Positions 55,152 through 64,000 of a stretch of 64,000 nt of DNA are shown piece by piece. Below the pieces are notes generated by a model. The model had not been told where the DNA came from, made no database searches, and saw nothing but the letters and a program-made list of their open reading frames with translations. The DNA is taken from NCBI GenBank assembly GCA_003551155.1, contig PUMA01000181.1:800-64799 (forward strand). The letters are read 5' to 3'. Numbering within the stretch: the stretch's first letter is position 1; the number at the start of each line of letters is the position of its first letter. A program made the position numbers and the translations under genes. The DNA comes from Desulfonatronospira sp. GTDB lineage: Bacteria > Desulfobacterota > Desulfovibrionia > Desulfovibrionales > Desulfonatronovibrionaceae.

Positions 55152-56849
55152 TCAGGTTCGGCCGGCCATTGCCTGGCGGCATGCCCGGGCATACTCATTC
55201 ATACGGACGGATCCGGGGAATCTCCCGGTGAGCTCCAGGGCCTGGCCGTACCAGCCGAGGTTCATATATGTGATGCACAGACATGCAGCCAGGTCCTCGC
55301 TCCCTGGAAAAAACACGACCCCCCTGGAGAGCACCCCGGCTGAGTCTTCGTATCTGCCCTGCTTCTGCATGATAATACCCAGGCCCAGATAGGCCCTTTC
55401 ATTGGGATGATAAGCCAGGGAACGCCGGTAAAGGTGTTCAGCAGTTTCTTCTTTTTTTGGTATGGCCTCCAGTCCGGCGTAGTCCCCGTGGCTGAAGGTC
55501 ATGCCCAGCCTGGAGAGAAAATCGGCATGGCCTGCATAAAGCTCAGGAAGGTCCTGCAGACGGATGGAAGCGGCGAACTCCGGCAGGAGACGGTAATACT
55601 CCGTCCTGAGCATGCGTCCGAATTCTATGACCATGTCCGCGCTCAGGCCGGGATCTGTTTCAAAATAATTGATATGTTCGATTCTCTGCAGCCAGATATC
55701 ATCATCTGCTCCGGTCATGCGCCTGAAGTCATTGTACAGGGCTGTGCCGGGGAAGATCTCCAGGATATAAAAAATGGCGCTTAACGGTTTAATTTCCTTC
55801 ATCAGGCTGATGCTCTCCCGGATGGTGGATCTGCTTTCCCCGGGAGACCCGTAAATAAAATAGGCCCTGGCCAGAATGCCGTGGCTTACTGTCAGATCAA
55901 AGGCCTTCCTGATATCATTATTTTCAATTTTTTTGTTCAGGGCTTTTCTTATCCTGGGTGAGCCGCTCTCCACCCCGTAGCTGATCTGGATGCACCCCGC
56001 CCTTCTCATCCACAGGAGAATCTCCTCATCCACGCAGTTGACCCTGGATATGGCGAACCAGGTGATCCTTAGTCCTCGCTGGATTATGTCCCTGCATATG
56101 TCTATGACCCGGTCCTTCCTCAGGGTGAAGGTGTCATCGGAGATATAAAAAAAGCTGACCCCTTTTTCCCGGAGCTGCTGCAGCTGGTCCACGAAATATC
56201 GCGGCGAGTGAAACCTTACCTTTCTTCCCCAGAATGCAGGAGATCCGCAAAAGGCGCAGTTGGCAGGACATCCTCTAGAGGAGACCAGGTGCTCAAAGGT
56301 GAAATACCTGGAAGGGGGGGGCAGACTGTCCAGGTCGCGGATGTGTTCAGCCGGACCCGTGCTAAGAATCTGTCCGCCCTGTCTGTAGGCCAGGCCCCTG
56401 ATTCCCGAGATTCCAGGCCCGTCTCCCTTTTCCAGCCTGGTGACCAGCTCCAGAAAGGTATGCTCCCCTTCGCCCAGAGCCACATAGTCGATTTCAGGAT
56501 AGTGTTTAAGCAGATGCCTCCATAAAAATGTGGCTCCGATACCGCCGAAAACCGTCTTTATTCCGGGCAGGACCTCCCTGGCCGCCCTGGCCGTCTCAAT
56601 GCCGCCGAAACGGTTGGCATTGACTGTGGACAATCCCAGCACCCCTGGATTCTTTTCCCTGAGCATGTCCCTGATCTCCAGGGGGTCCCCCTTGAGGTTA
56701 TACCTGTTGATGATCTCCACTTCATGGCCGTTTTCCCTGAGCATGGCTCCTATGTAGTACAGGCCGATGGGAGTCACAGAGGCGTCACTGCTGAAAATCT
56801 TGTGACCTCTGACCTCCAGACAGTGCGGGTAGACAAGGATTATCTTCAT
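55152..56849 (-). CDS. Cobalamin-binding radical SAM protein with C-terminal TPR-like helices
   Basis: PIGLYYIGA and GLST B12-binding domain, SSRGCPANCAFC, YGVESGS, helical repeat tail. Confidence 0.88.
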   Translation of the reverse strand: MKIILVYPHCLEVRGHKIFSSDASVTPIGLYYIGAMLRENGHEVEIINRYNLKGDPLEIRDMLREKNPGVLGLSTVNANRFGGIETARAAREVLPGIKTVFGGIGATFLWRHLLKHYPEIDYVALGEGEHTFLELVTRLEKGDGPGISGIRGLAYRQGGQILSTGPAEHIRDLDSLPPPSRYFTFEHLVSSRGCPANCAFCGSPAFWGRKVRFHSPRYFVDQLQQLREKGVSFFYISDDTFTLRKDRVIDICRDIIQRGLRITWFAISRVNCVDEEILLWMRRAGCIQISYGVESGSPRIRKALNKKIENNDIRKAFDLTVSHGILARAYFIYGSPGESRSTIRESISLMKEIKPLSAIFYILEIFPGTALYNDFRRMTGADDDIWLQRIEHINYFETDPGLSADMVIEFGRMLRTEYYRLLPEFAASIRLQDLPELYAGHADFLSRLGMTFSHGDYAGLEAIPKKEETAEHLYRRSLAYHPNERAYLGLGIIMQKQGRYEDSAGVLSRGVVFFPGSEDLAACLCITYMNLGWYGQALELTGRFPGSVRMNEYARACRQAMAGRT

Positions 56850-57046
56850 TGGAAAAAAACAGGCTGGTTCCGGTTATTGGATTGCTAGTCCCTGCTTTGC
56901 TGATTCAGGGCAGGCATAAAATCTGCTGCCCGGCAGGGCAGTGCAGGCTTATTTGCAGCCGGGAACTGACATTGCAGAACCCATTCATCCCGGGCCAGGC
57001 CATACCCTGCATTCAGGCTGTCTCCCAGAGCCAGGAGAGTGATCAT

Positions 57047-59272
57047 TCACTGCCCTTGAATCAGGCTGGCTTCCCGCACCGGACGGCCGGTGCTGGCTCC
57101 CCCCTTGGCCTGGCGGCGCCTGGCGTGCAGTATGGGCTCGGTATAACCGCCGGGCTGCAGGCGTCCCTTGAACACCAGATCGCACGCAGCCTGGAAGGAT
57201 GCACTGTTTTCAAAATCCTCAGCCATGGGGCTGTACCCTGGATCATGGCCATTCTGACGGTCCACAATCCGGGCCATGCGCATCAGGGTCTCCAGGACCT
57301 CTTCCCGGGTGCATACCCCATGGTGCAGCCAGTTGGCTATGTGCTGGCTGGAGATGCGCAGGGTTGCCCTGTCCTCCATCAGGCCCGTGTCATTTATGTC
57401 CGGAACCTTGGAACAGCCTATGCCCTGCTCCACCCAGCGCACAACATAACCCAGAATGCTCTGGGCATTGATCTCCAGTTCCTCGCGGATTTCCTCCGCA
57501 GAAGGTACACCCTCTCTCAGCAGGGGCAGGATCAGAAGATCGTCCAGACCGGTTCTGCGCTGCCTCTGCAGCTCTTCCTGACGGGCAAGCACATCCACCT
57601 GGTGGTAGTGGGTTACATGCAGGGTGGCTGCAACCGGCGAAGGCACCCAGGCGCAGCTGGCCCCGGCCAGGGGATGGGCCAGCTTGTCCCTTACCATTTC
57701 CAGCATCTCGTCAGGCTTGGGCCACATACCCTTGCCTATCTGGGCCCGCCCGCTGAATCCGCAGGCCAGGCCCACGTCCACGTTTTGATCCTCATAGGCC
57801 TGCATCCAGGGTTCTTTTTTCATGTCGCCTTTGCGCACCATTGCTCCAGCCTCCATGCCGGTGTGTATCTCATCCCCGGTGCGGTCCAGAAAGCCGGTGT
57901 TGATGAAAATGATCCTTTCCCGGGCCGCCCGGATGCATTCCTTGAGATTGAGGCTTGTGCGTCTCTCCTCATCCATTACCCCGATTTTAACAGTATTACC
58001 GGGCAGACCAAGAAGCTCTTCCGTCCTGGCAAAAAGATCGCAGGTAAATGAGGTCTCTTCTGGTCCGTGCAGCTTGGGCTTTACAATGTACAGACTTCCG
58101 CAGCGGCTGTTGCGGTACCTGCCTGTGCCTTTCAGGTCATGCAGGCCTGCCAGGGAGGTGATCAGGGTGTCCAGGATGCCTTCGGGAATTTCCCGGCCCC
58201 GGGAATCCAGGACAGCATCCGTGGTCATCAGGTGGCCCACAGTGCGCACCAGCATCAGGCTGCGCCCAGGCAGTTGAAAGTTTTTGCCCTGAGGGGAAAT
58301 GTAGTGTCTGTCCGGCTTGAGCACGCGCCTGACCAGCCTGCCCCCCTTTTCAAATGAAGTCTCCAGGTCGCCCTTGAACAGACCCAGAAGGTTGCGGTAG
58401 ACTAGGACCTTGTCCATGGTGTCCACTGCAGCCACTGAATCCTCCAAATCCAGAATAGTGGTTATGGCCGCCTCCAGTACCACATCACTGACTCCGGCCG
58501 GGTGGTTCCGGCCTACGGGATCCTGAGGGTCTATGCTGATTTCCATGTGGAGCCTGTTATTGCAGAGCAGAATTGCTTCCAGGCTGTTCTTTTTCCCGGC
58601 ATAGCCGGCAAACTGCCGGGGTTCCCTGAGCCGGACAACTTTTCCGTCCTTGAGGCTCACCAGCAGCTCAAACAGCCCTGATCCGGCTGTCAGCTCAAAA
58701 CCTGCAGCCTCATTATACGAGCCCACCTCGAGAGGAGCAGCCCGGTCCAGGAATGCTGCTGCGGAATGGACAACAATGGCCCCGCGCACCGGATTGTATT
58801 CCTGTCCTTTTTCCGCACCTTTGATCGCAGGAATGACATCAGTTCCGTAAAGTGCATCATAGAAACTCCCCCACCGGGCGTTGCACGCATTCAGGGCATA
58901 ACGGGCATTGTCCACCGGCACCACAAGCTGAGGTCCGGGAATGGAGGATATTTCCCGGTCCACATTCTCCGTCTCTATGGTGAAATCCTCTCCTTCAGGC
59001 TCAATATACCCAGTATCGTATAAAAAGGATTTGTATGCTTCAGGATCATGCTCCTTTCCCTTCCTTTCCATGTGCCACCGGTCAATGGACTCCTGCAGTT
59101 CCTGCCTCTTCTGCAGCAGCCGGGCATTGGCCGGCCCGAATTCCAGAACGATTTTTTCCAGGGCCTGCCAGAAGTCGTCAGGATCAACGCCGGTTCCAGG
59201 AGCCATCTCGCCATCCACCAGCTCAGCCAGAGGCCTGGCTGCCTGCAGCCCTGCCCTGCGTAGGTATTCCAT
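57047..59272 (-). CDS. glcB: Malate synthase G
   Basis: [73 protein letters not shown]; GGAGG before ATG 59272. Confidence 0.96.
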   Translation of the reverse strand: MEYLRRAGLQAARPLAELVDGEMAPGTGVDPDDFWQALEKIVLEFGPANARLLQKRQELQESIDRWHMERKGKEHDPEAYKSFLYDTGYIEPEGEDFTIETENVDREISSIPGPQLVVPVDNARYALNACNARWGSFYDALYGTDVIPAIKGAEKGQEYNPVRGAIVVHSAAAFLDRAAPLEVGSYNEAAGFELTAGSGLFELLVSLKDGKVVRLREPRQFAGYAGKKNSLEAILLCNNRLHMEISIDPQDPVGRNHPAGVSDVVLEAAITTILDLEDSVAAVDTMDKVLVYRNLLGLFKGDLETSFEKGGRLVRRVLKPDRHYISPQGKNFQLPGRSLMLVRTVGHLMTTDAVLDSRGREIPEGILDTLITSLAGLHDLKGTGRYRNSRCGSLYIVKPKLHGPEETSFTCDLFARTEELLGLPGNTVKIGVMDEERRTSLNLKECIRAARERIIFINTGFLDRTGDEIHTGMEAGAMVRKGDMKKEPWMQAYEDQNVDVGLACGFSGRAQIGKGMWPKPDEMLEMVRDKLAHPLAGASCAWVPSPVAATLHVTHYHQVDVLARQEELQRQRRTGLDDLLILPLLREGVPSAEEIREELEINAQSILGYVVRWVEQGIGCSKVPDINDTGLMEDRATLRISSQHIANWLHHGVCTREEVLETLMRMARIVDRQNGHDPGYSPMAEDFENSASFQAACDLVFKGRLQPGGYTEPILHARRRQAKGGASTGRPVREASLIQGQ

Positions 59273-59468
59273 TAAAACCTCCCTTTTCAGATATGTTGCA
59301 TCTGCAGCACATGTCTGCTGCATTACCGGCATGCACTCCACACAGTTTCAGGACATGCGCCGGTCTTAAGCCCCCGGACATCACTGCAGGGCTGCACTTA
59401 TGCAGCCCGGCCAGGATTGCCCGGACTCGATGCGCCCTGAAAGACGGTCCTTCCGGGTATCCTGAGAA

Positions 59469-61007
59469 TTATGCCCGGTCCATGACCGGGCCGTAGATCT
59501 TTTCTATGTATTCACCCGCTGATGAGGCCCAGAGGAATCTTTCCCGGAAACCGTTCAGCTGCAGTGCATGAAAACGCTTTTTGTGGTTTTTGTAAAGTTC
59601 AAGTGCCTCCCTGACACAGCTGATCAGGTTCTGCAGCACTTCCCTGCGGGTGGAGCCGTCAAAGCCGAAACCGGTGCCCTTGGCCTGAGTATGCGGTTTC
59701 ACTGTGTCAGCCAGTCCCCCGGTCCAGCGCACCAGGGGAGGCGTGGCGCAGCTGAGGGATTCCATCTGGGCGATCCCGCAGGGCTCAAAAAGACTGGGCA
59801 TGAGAAACAAGTCGCAACCCAGGCTGATCTGCCTGGCCCTGGCCGCATCAAAGGCAATATCCGCGCACAGGTTGGGCCAGCCTGACAATCCTGTGAGGAA
59901 ATCCTCATATCTCTTCTCTCCGGTTGCCAGCACAGCCACATTCACCCCGGGCAGGGCCAGTATGTGTTCCAGGACGCTTGTGCCGTCAAGCTCTTCAGCC
60001 AGAAGCCTGAACTTCTGTTCCACCGCCCGTCCGACAAAGCCGAGAAGAAAGCCTGCCGGGTCAGGAAAGTCTCTGGCCAGCTTCGCCTTCATCCCGGCCT
60101 TTTCCCTGAGCAGTGCCTCAAACCGTGATTCGTCAGGATGGAACCCGTATTCAAATCCGTTGAGGATGCCATACATCATGCCCAGGCTGTCAAGGCGGGC
60201 AGTCACCTCATGCAGGCCCTGGCCCCCCTCGAAATAGCGGGACTGATCCCGGGGCCGGGTGAGCTCACTCTTGTATGTGGGGCTTACCGTGTTTGTCCTG
60301 TGGGCGAGTTCCATTGCCAGCCGCAGACAGTTGACGCTTTCCCATTCCGGGCGCGGATCGGCAAACAAAGGACCCAGCTCCTGGTGATCAGCCACCTGCT
60401 CCATATTCCAGCCCCGGATCAGCCGCCGGTGGATATTGCCCTGATAGCCTGCGTTGTGAATGGTGAGCACCCTCTTCTGGGGCATTTCCCTGCTCTTCAA
60501 CAAAGCCATAAGATATCCGGACACCCAGTCATTCACATGCACTATATCCGGCGCCTTTTCCTCAATCAGGGGAATACAGGCTTCAGCAAGGAAGGAAAAC
60601 CTGAAGGCGTCATCGTAAAAGGGAATCTCGCCTCTGCTGACATAGGGAGATGAATAGTCATTCCTGAAGAGATACATGTCTTCAAATGTGGCTTTGCCTG
60701 AATCCCTGGAGTAGTCCTTCTCAAAATAGGTGGAATTCTTCACCAGATTGACAGGAACGTCCTTCACTCTGGTATGCAGGATGTTCACATGCTCCTGCAC
60801 ACCGTGGAATTCAATGGCCAGTTCCCTGACGGACCGGGCCCCCGGGAGCACAGGAGAGCCCCTGAGTGTGTGGCCGTAGCAGGGGGTGATGATCTCTATA
60901 TCAATCCCCTCTGCCTTCAGTGCAGCAGGAAGCTCTCCAGCTACATCTCCTACGCCGCCTGTCTTGGAAAAGGGTTTGCATTCTGCAGCAATATACAAAA
61001 CTTTCAT
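59469..61007 (-). CDS. glgA: Glycogen/starch synthase-like GT5 glycosyltransferase
   Basis: KTGGVGDV, HVNDW, TIHN, MPSLFEPCG, TGGLADTV. Confidence 0.85.
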   Translation of the reverse strand: MKVLYIAAECKPFSKTGGVGDVAGELPAALKAEGIDIEIITPCYGHTLRGSPVLPGARSVRELAIEFHGVQEHVNILHTRVKDVPVNLVKNSTYFEKDYSRDSGKATFEDMYLFRNDYSSPYVSRGEIPFYDDAFRFSFLAEACIPLIEEKAPDIVHVNDWVSGYLMALLKSREMPQKRVLTIHNAGYQGNIHRRLIRGWNMEQVADHQELGPLFADPRPEWESVNCLRLAMELAHRTNTVSPTYKSELTRPRDQSRYFEGGQGLHEVTARLDSLGMMYGILNGFEYGFHPDESRFEALLREKAGMKAKLARDFPDPAGFLLGFVGRAVEQKFRLLAEELDGTSVLEHILALPGVNVAVLATGEKRYEDFLTGLSGWPNLCADIAFDAARARQISLGCDLFLMPSLFEPCGIAQMESLSCATPPLVRWTGGLADTVKPHTQAKGTGFGFDGSTRREVLQNLISCVREALELYKNHKKRFHALQLNGFRERFLWASSAGEYIEKIYGPVMDRA

Positions 61008-61094
61008 GGGCAGTACCCTGTTTTTTTACTGGGCAGCTTTGCTCCGTTCATTCAGGGATGCCGACTGATAGCCCGCTGTTCAGGAAGGCCATGG

Positions 61095-62945
61095 TCAGCT
61101 AAATAATTGCTCCTGCTCATGCATTCTTGATACCGCGCTCCTGGCCCAGCTGCTGAGCTGGGTGATGGCATTGGAATTGACGTCAGGACGGGCGTCAGCT
61201 GCATTGAACCACAGTTTGCCTTCCACGGGAATTCCCAGGGCACAGATATGGGGGTGGGGCCGGCCGTTCTTGTCCATGAGGTGAAAATCCCTGGTGACAT
61301 CCAGCCCGCCCGTCTCCAGGGTCCCGGTGTCATCGGCATTGGTATATGTGCGGATCATTTCGCGCCTGAACATGTTCTGAATCAGAGACGAGGTATCATT
61401 TTTATTGTCCACGCTGTGGATACGGCCATTGATAATGTGGTGAACCTGCCTTTTGGAGCCGGGAACCTCGGGACTGGATATTTCAAAGATTCCGTCTTGT
61501 TCATTAAAACCGATCCGGGGAGAAGGGCCGGAAAAGGAAACAAGCCCCTGGTCTGCCAGGATCAGCAGTTCCTGCACGCTCTGAATGGGAGGACCCACAG
61601 CGACTCGGTTATTGGTGCGTTCGAATCTTTTTTTCAGGTATCCATGAGAAGAAGCGGTCAACCCCCCGTGATCCACGGCGTATCTCAATACATCTCTGAG
61701 ATCCCGCAGCACTGAATCCACGGCGTTTTTCAGGGGACTGCGCATGTTTCCCCTGCCGGCTTCACGGAGATCATTCCGGATCTCATCCATTACAAAGTCT
61801 GTGTATTCCTTCATGGATGCAAAAAGAGGGCTACCAGGGGTTCTTTGAGCTTCAAGCCGCCACAGGGGATTTTCCAGATCCTGCCAGCAGAAGCGGTCTT
61901 CTGCATCAAACCTGTTTTCCACCAGAACCTGCCGCTGGGAGGAATCTCTGCACTCCAGGTACTGCTGAGCAAAATCATCCCCGGCAAGGGTCTTATAATA
62001 CACGTATTCCATTTCCTGCAGGATCAGGGGCAAAAGCTCCTTTTCAAAGTCAATCTTGCTTTTGTCCTGTTTCATCCTGTGCACAAGATCACGGGAAAAT
62101 ATTCTGCCCTGGTACTGTTCGGTTTTTTGGTTGAATCCGCGTGCGCAGTAAGGAAGTCCCAGCCTGGAGCCGATGATGATGTGCGGTTCGCTCCCGCCTG
62201 GTATGTATTCGCCGGATCTGAAAACTCCGCCGCGGCCATAGGTGAAGCCCTTGATCACGTCTGTGGCAGTAAGGCCCATGCCGATGACATAGACTGTCTG
62301 ACCTGCCTGTATGTGCGAAAGCTTTTCAGGAATGGGATAGGCCAGATGAAGGTAGGAAACAGGCCTTCCTCTCTGCTTCTGGACTTCTGCGAACTGATTA
62401 CACGAATCCTCGATGGAGCCGGGTATTATCCTGTTTATTGAATGGCCGGTGAGCAGAATGATCTCCCGGGCGTGTATGGCTGTATTGTCATCCAGATAAA
62501 CTGTCGGTGTATCTCCGGAACAGACGATATCCAGGGCTTCCGAGCTGTGGCGGTGAAGAAAGACCTTCTCAGGCAGATTCTGTTCGGTCCAGTCAAAACA
62601 TTCAGCCAGGTACCAGCCATGGAGGGCTCTGGGCGGAAAGTCGTTGGGGCCGATGGAGTAGCCCTGTTCCTGCAGATAGCCGTAAAGCGTCTTCCTGGAC
62701 GAGGAAGCACGTGCCTGGCTGTCATCATCACCAAAAGCGGTGATCTGGCTGGCAACGGTATTCAGCAGCAGGTAATGGGGCTGCTTGACGCTGTGGACTC
62801 CGCCTCCGCCGAAGCTTCCTGATTTTTCTATTACATGAATATGAACTTCTTTTTTGAGTGGCCTGTCCGCAAGGGCCATGGCCAGGCGCCGGAAACAGTA
62901 GGTGCCGCGGGGTCCTGCCCCGATTATGACCATATTGTGTTTCAT
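61095..62945 (-). CDS. FAD/NAD(P)-binding flavoprotein resembling CreE/FzmM (L-aspartate N-monooxygenase) family
   Basis: IGAGPRG, LLLNTVASQIT, PPRALHG, LTGH, GRGG, GSRLGLPY.ARG, LRDLRD.LR..VDHGGL, GPP, ETGGLDVT, GIPVEG..W..A.ARP; ATG 62945 after GAGGTGAGG. Confidence 0.75.
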   Translation of the reverse strand: MKHNMVIIGAGPRGTYCFRRLAMALADRPLKKEVHIHVIEKSGSFGGGGVHSVKQPHYLLLNTVASQITAFGDDDSQARASSSRKTLYGYLQEQGYSIGPNDFPPRALHGWYLAECFDWTEQNLPEKVFLHRHSSEALDIVCSGDTPTVYLDDNTAIHAREIILLTGHSINRIIPGSIEDSCNQFAEVQKQRGRPVSYLHLAYPIPEKLSHIQAGQTVYVIGMGLTATDVIKGFTYGRGGVFRSGEYIPGGSEPHIIIGSRLGLPYCARGFNQKTEQYQGRIFSRDLVHRMKQDKSKIDFEKELLPLILQEMEYVYYKTLAGDDFAQQYLECRDSSQRQVLVENRFDAEDRFCWQDLENPLWRLEAQRTPGSPLFASMKEYTDFVMDEIRNDLREAGRGNMRSPLKNAVDSVLRDLRDVLRYAVDHGGLTASSHGYLKKRFERTNNRVAVGPPIQSVQELLILADQGLVSFSGPSPRIGFNEQDGIFEISSPEVPGSKRQVHHIINGRIHSVDNKNDTSSLIQNMFRREMIRTYTNADDTGTLETGGLDVTRDFHLMDKNGRPHPHICALGIPVEGKLWFNAADARPDVNSNAITQLSSWARSAVSRMHEQEQLFS

Positions 62946-63166
62946 ATCCCTCACCTCAAAGATACGGCTGCCGGATTCCCGGCAGGCTCAAATTCAACTG
63001 TCCCTCTGTTCCTGATCTTTATTCTCACGGTTCCTTGCCGGAAGCAAGCTTATCGTGATCAAACCTCATCCACGGAATGCTTGAAAGCGCTATCCCCAGA
63101 GCCGGCTGACGGTAAAGACCCCAAAACCGGTGAAACAGGCTTCCAGCACAAAAGTTCCACTGCAGG

Positions 63167-64000
63167 CTACCCAAGAAAGCCGCGCAGCAGGGCAGCCCTC
63201 AATACCAGATCCCTGGCCTGGACCGAATCGCTGCTGTCCATGGCGCGGCCGAGCCTGCGGACAATGTCCAGATGATCCCTGCAGGCATTACATCCAAAAC
63301 CGGACGCATTCAGTGCACTGCGCAGTGATGCAGTCATTAAAGGCCCGTCAAAATCCGTAAAGCCCATGGCATATTCAATTTTAGCCCTGTAAGAGGGATA
63401 GGCTTCAAGAACGAATGCCAGGTCTGTTTTGCTCAGGGCATCGAACGCGATCAGTTCCGGAGGCATTCCTAGGGAATACAGGGCACAGGTGAACGAGATG
63501 GCTCGGGGAAGCCTGATTTTGCCCAGATCGCGGGCATAGCCGAAAAGACCGATATGCAGCTTGCGGGCGCGACGCGGGGGAACAAAACCGGCCATGCGGG
63601 AGATATGCGGCGCCAGTTCCAGAATGCGTCCTCGATAAGCCTCGCTGTAGCGCTCGATTACGGACAGGGCCCTTTCAGTATCCATGGGCGATGCAGGTCC
63701 TGCAGTGCGGCCCTTGAGATGTTCGCACGCGGCCCTCACCTCGTTGACCGGATAATCGAACTTGAAGGCCGACTGAATGGTGAAGGTAACCACGCTGGGG
63801 TATTCGCGGCCCACCCTCTCGGCGCTGCCCGGGGTTAGTCCCCCGCGGAAAGGCGCTGATCCCATGCCCAGGATGGGGTGAATGCGCACCCCGGTCCTGG
63901 CCGAAAGTTCATCGAACTGCGCCAGGGCGATCTTGTTCGCAAGTGCCGCCGAAACAAGGCCGAAGTTCATGGCTGTATCCGACCGCGCCAGAAACACCCG
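63167..64000 (-). CDS. ppcA: Archaeal-type phosphoenolpyruvate carboxylase (partial; 5' end beyond the window)
   Basis: VFLARSD.AMNFG, PILGMGSAPFRG, FTIQSAFKFD, RARKLHIGLFGYAR, LPRAISFTCALYSLGMPPE. Confidence 0.92.
   Translation of the reverse strand, partial: RVFLARSDTAMNFGLVSAALANKIALAQFDELSARTGVRIHPILGMGSAPFRGGLTPGSAERVGREYPSVVTFTIQSAFKFDYPVNEVRAACEHLKGRTAGPASPMDTERALSVIERYSEAYRGRILELAPHISRMAGFVPPRRARKLHIGLFGYARDLGKIRLPRAISFTCALYSLGMPPELIAFDALSKTDLAFVLEAYPSYRAKIEYAMGFTDFDGPLMTASLRSALNASGFGCNACRDHLDIVRRLGRAMDSSDSVQARDLVLRAALLRGFLG

Noticed and set aside
62955-63166. Riboswitch in the leader of the CreE-like gene
   Set aside because: Only a 7-bp hairpin (62968-62985) is seen; no known riboswitch consensus recognised

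Overview
Bacterial chromosome segment from a sulfate-reducing Desulfovibrionales-type deltaproteobacterium (inferred from gene content and order). Most of the window is conserved housekeeping blocks: lepA-lepB; rlpA/ihf/HIT; thrC-ubiA-tyrS-rny-6S RNA-zapA-zapB-glmU; atpF'FHAGDC; mreBCD-mrdA-rodA-bactofilin; truA; clpS-clpA-aat; adk; and pyrG-kdsA-kdsC-lptCAB-rpoN-hpf-ptsN-rapZ-PTS IIA/B/C. Two accessory blocks stand out. (1) At 2.6-9.1 kb, an hdrA-mvhD-mvhG-mvhA-protease cluster has three in-frame UGA codons at conserved Cys positions, each followed by a SECIS-like hairpin, giving a group 3c [NiFeSe] hydrogenase with Sec-MvhD and Sec-HdrA. The hdrA gene also carries an in-frame TAA and a homopolymer frameshift. 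(2) At 49.5-64 kb, a TetR-RND efflux unit is followed by a B12 radical SAM gene, malate synthase G, a glycogen-synthase-like glycosyltransferase, a flavoprotein resembling the CreE/FzmM L-aspartate N-monooxygenases, and an archaeal-type PEP carboxylase. Smaller signals: a T9 frameshift in the PTS IIC gene, a probable non-AUG start for mreC, a 119-bp hairpin element after atpC, a TetR operator and a possibly leaderless clpS. All family assignments come from motif recognition by eye; no searches were run.
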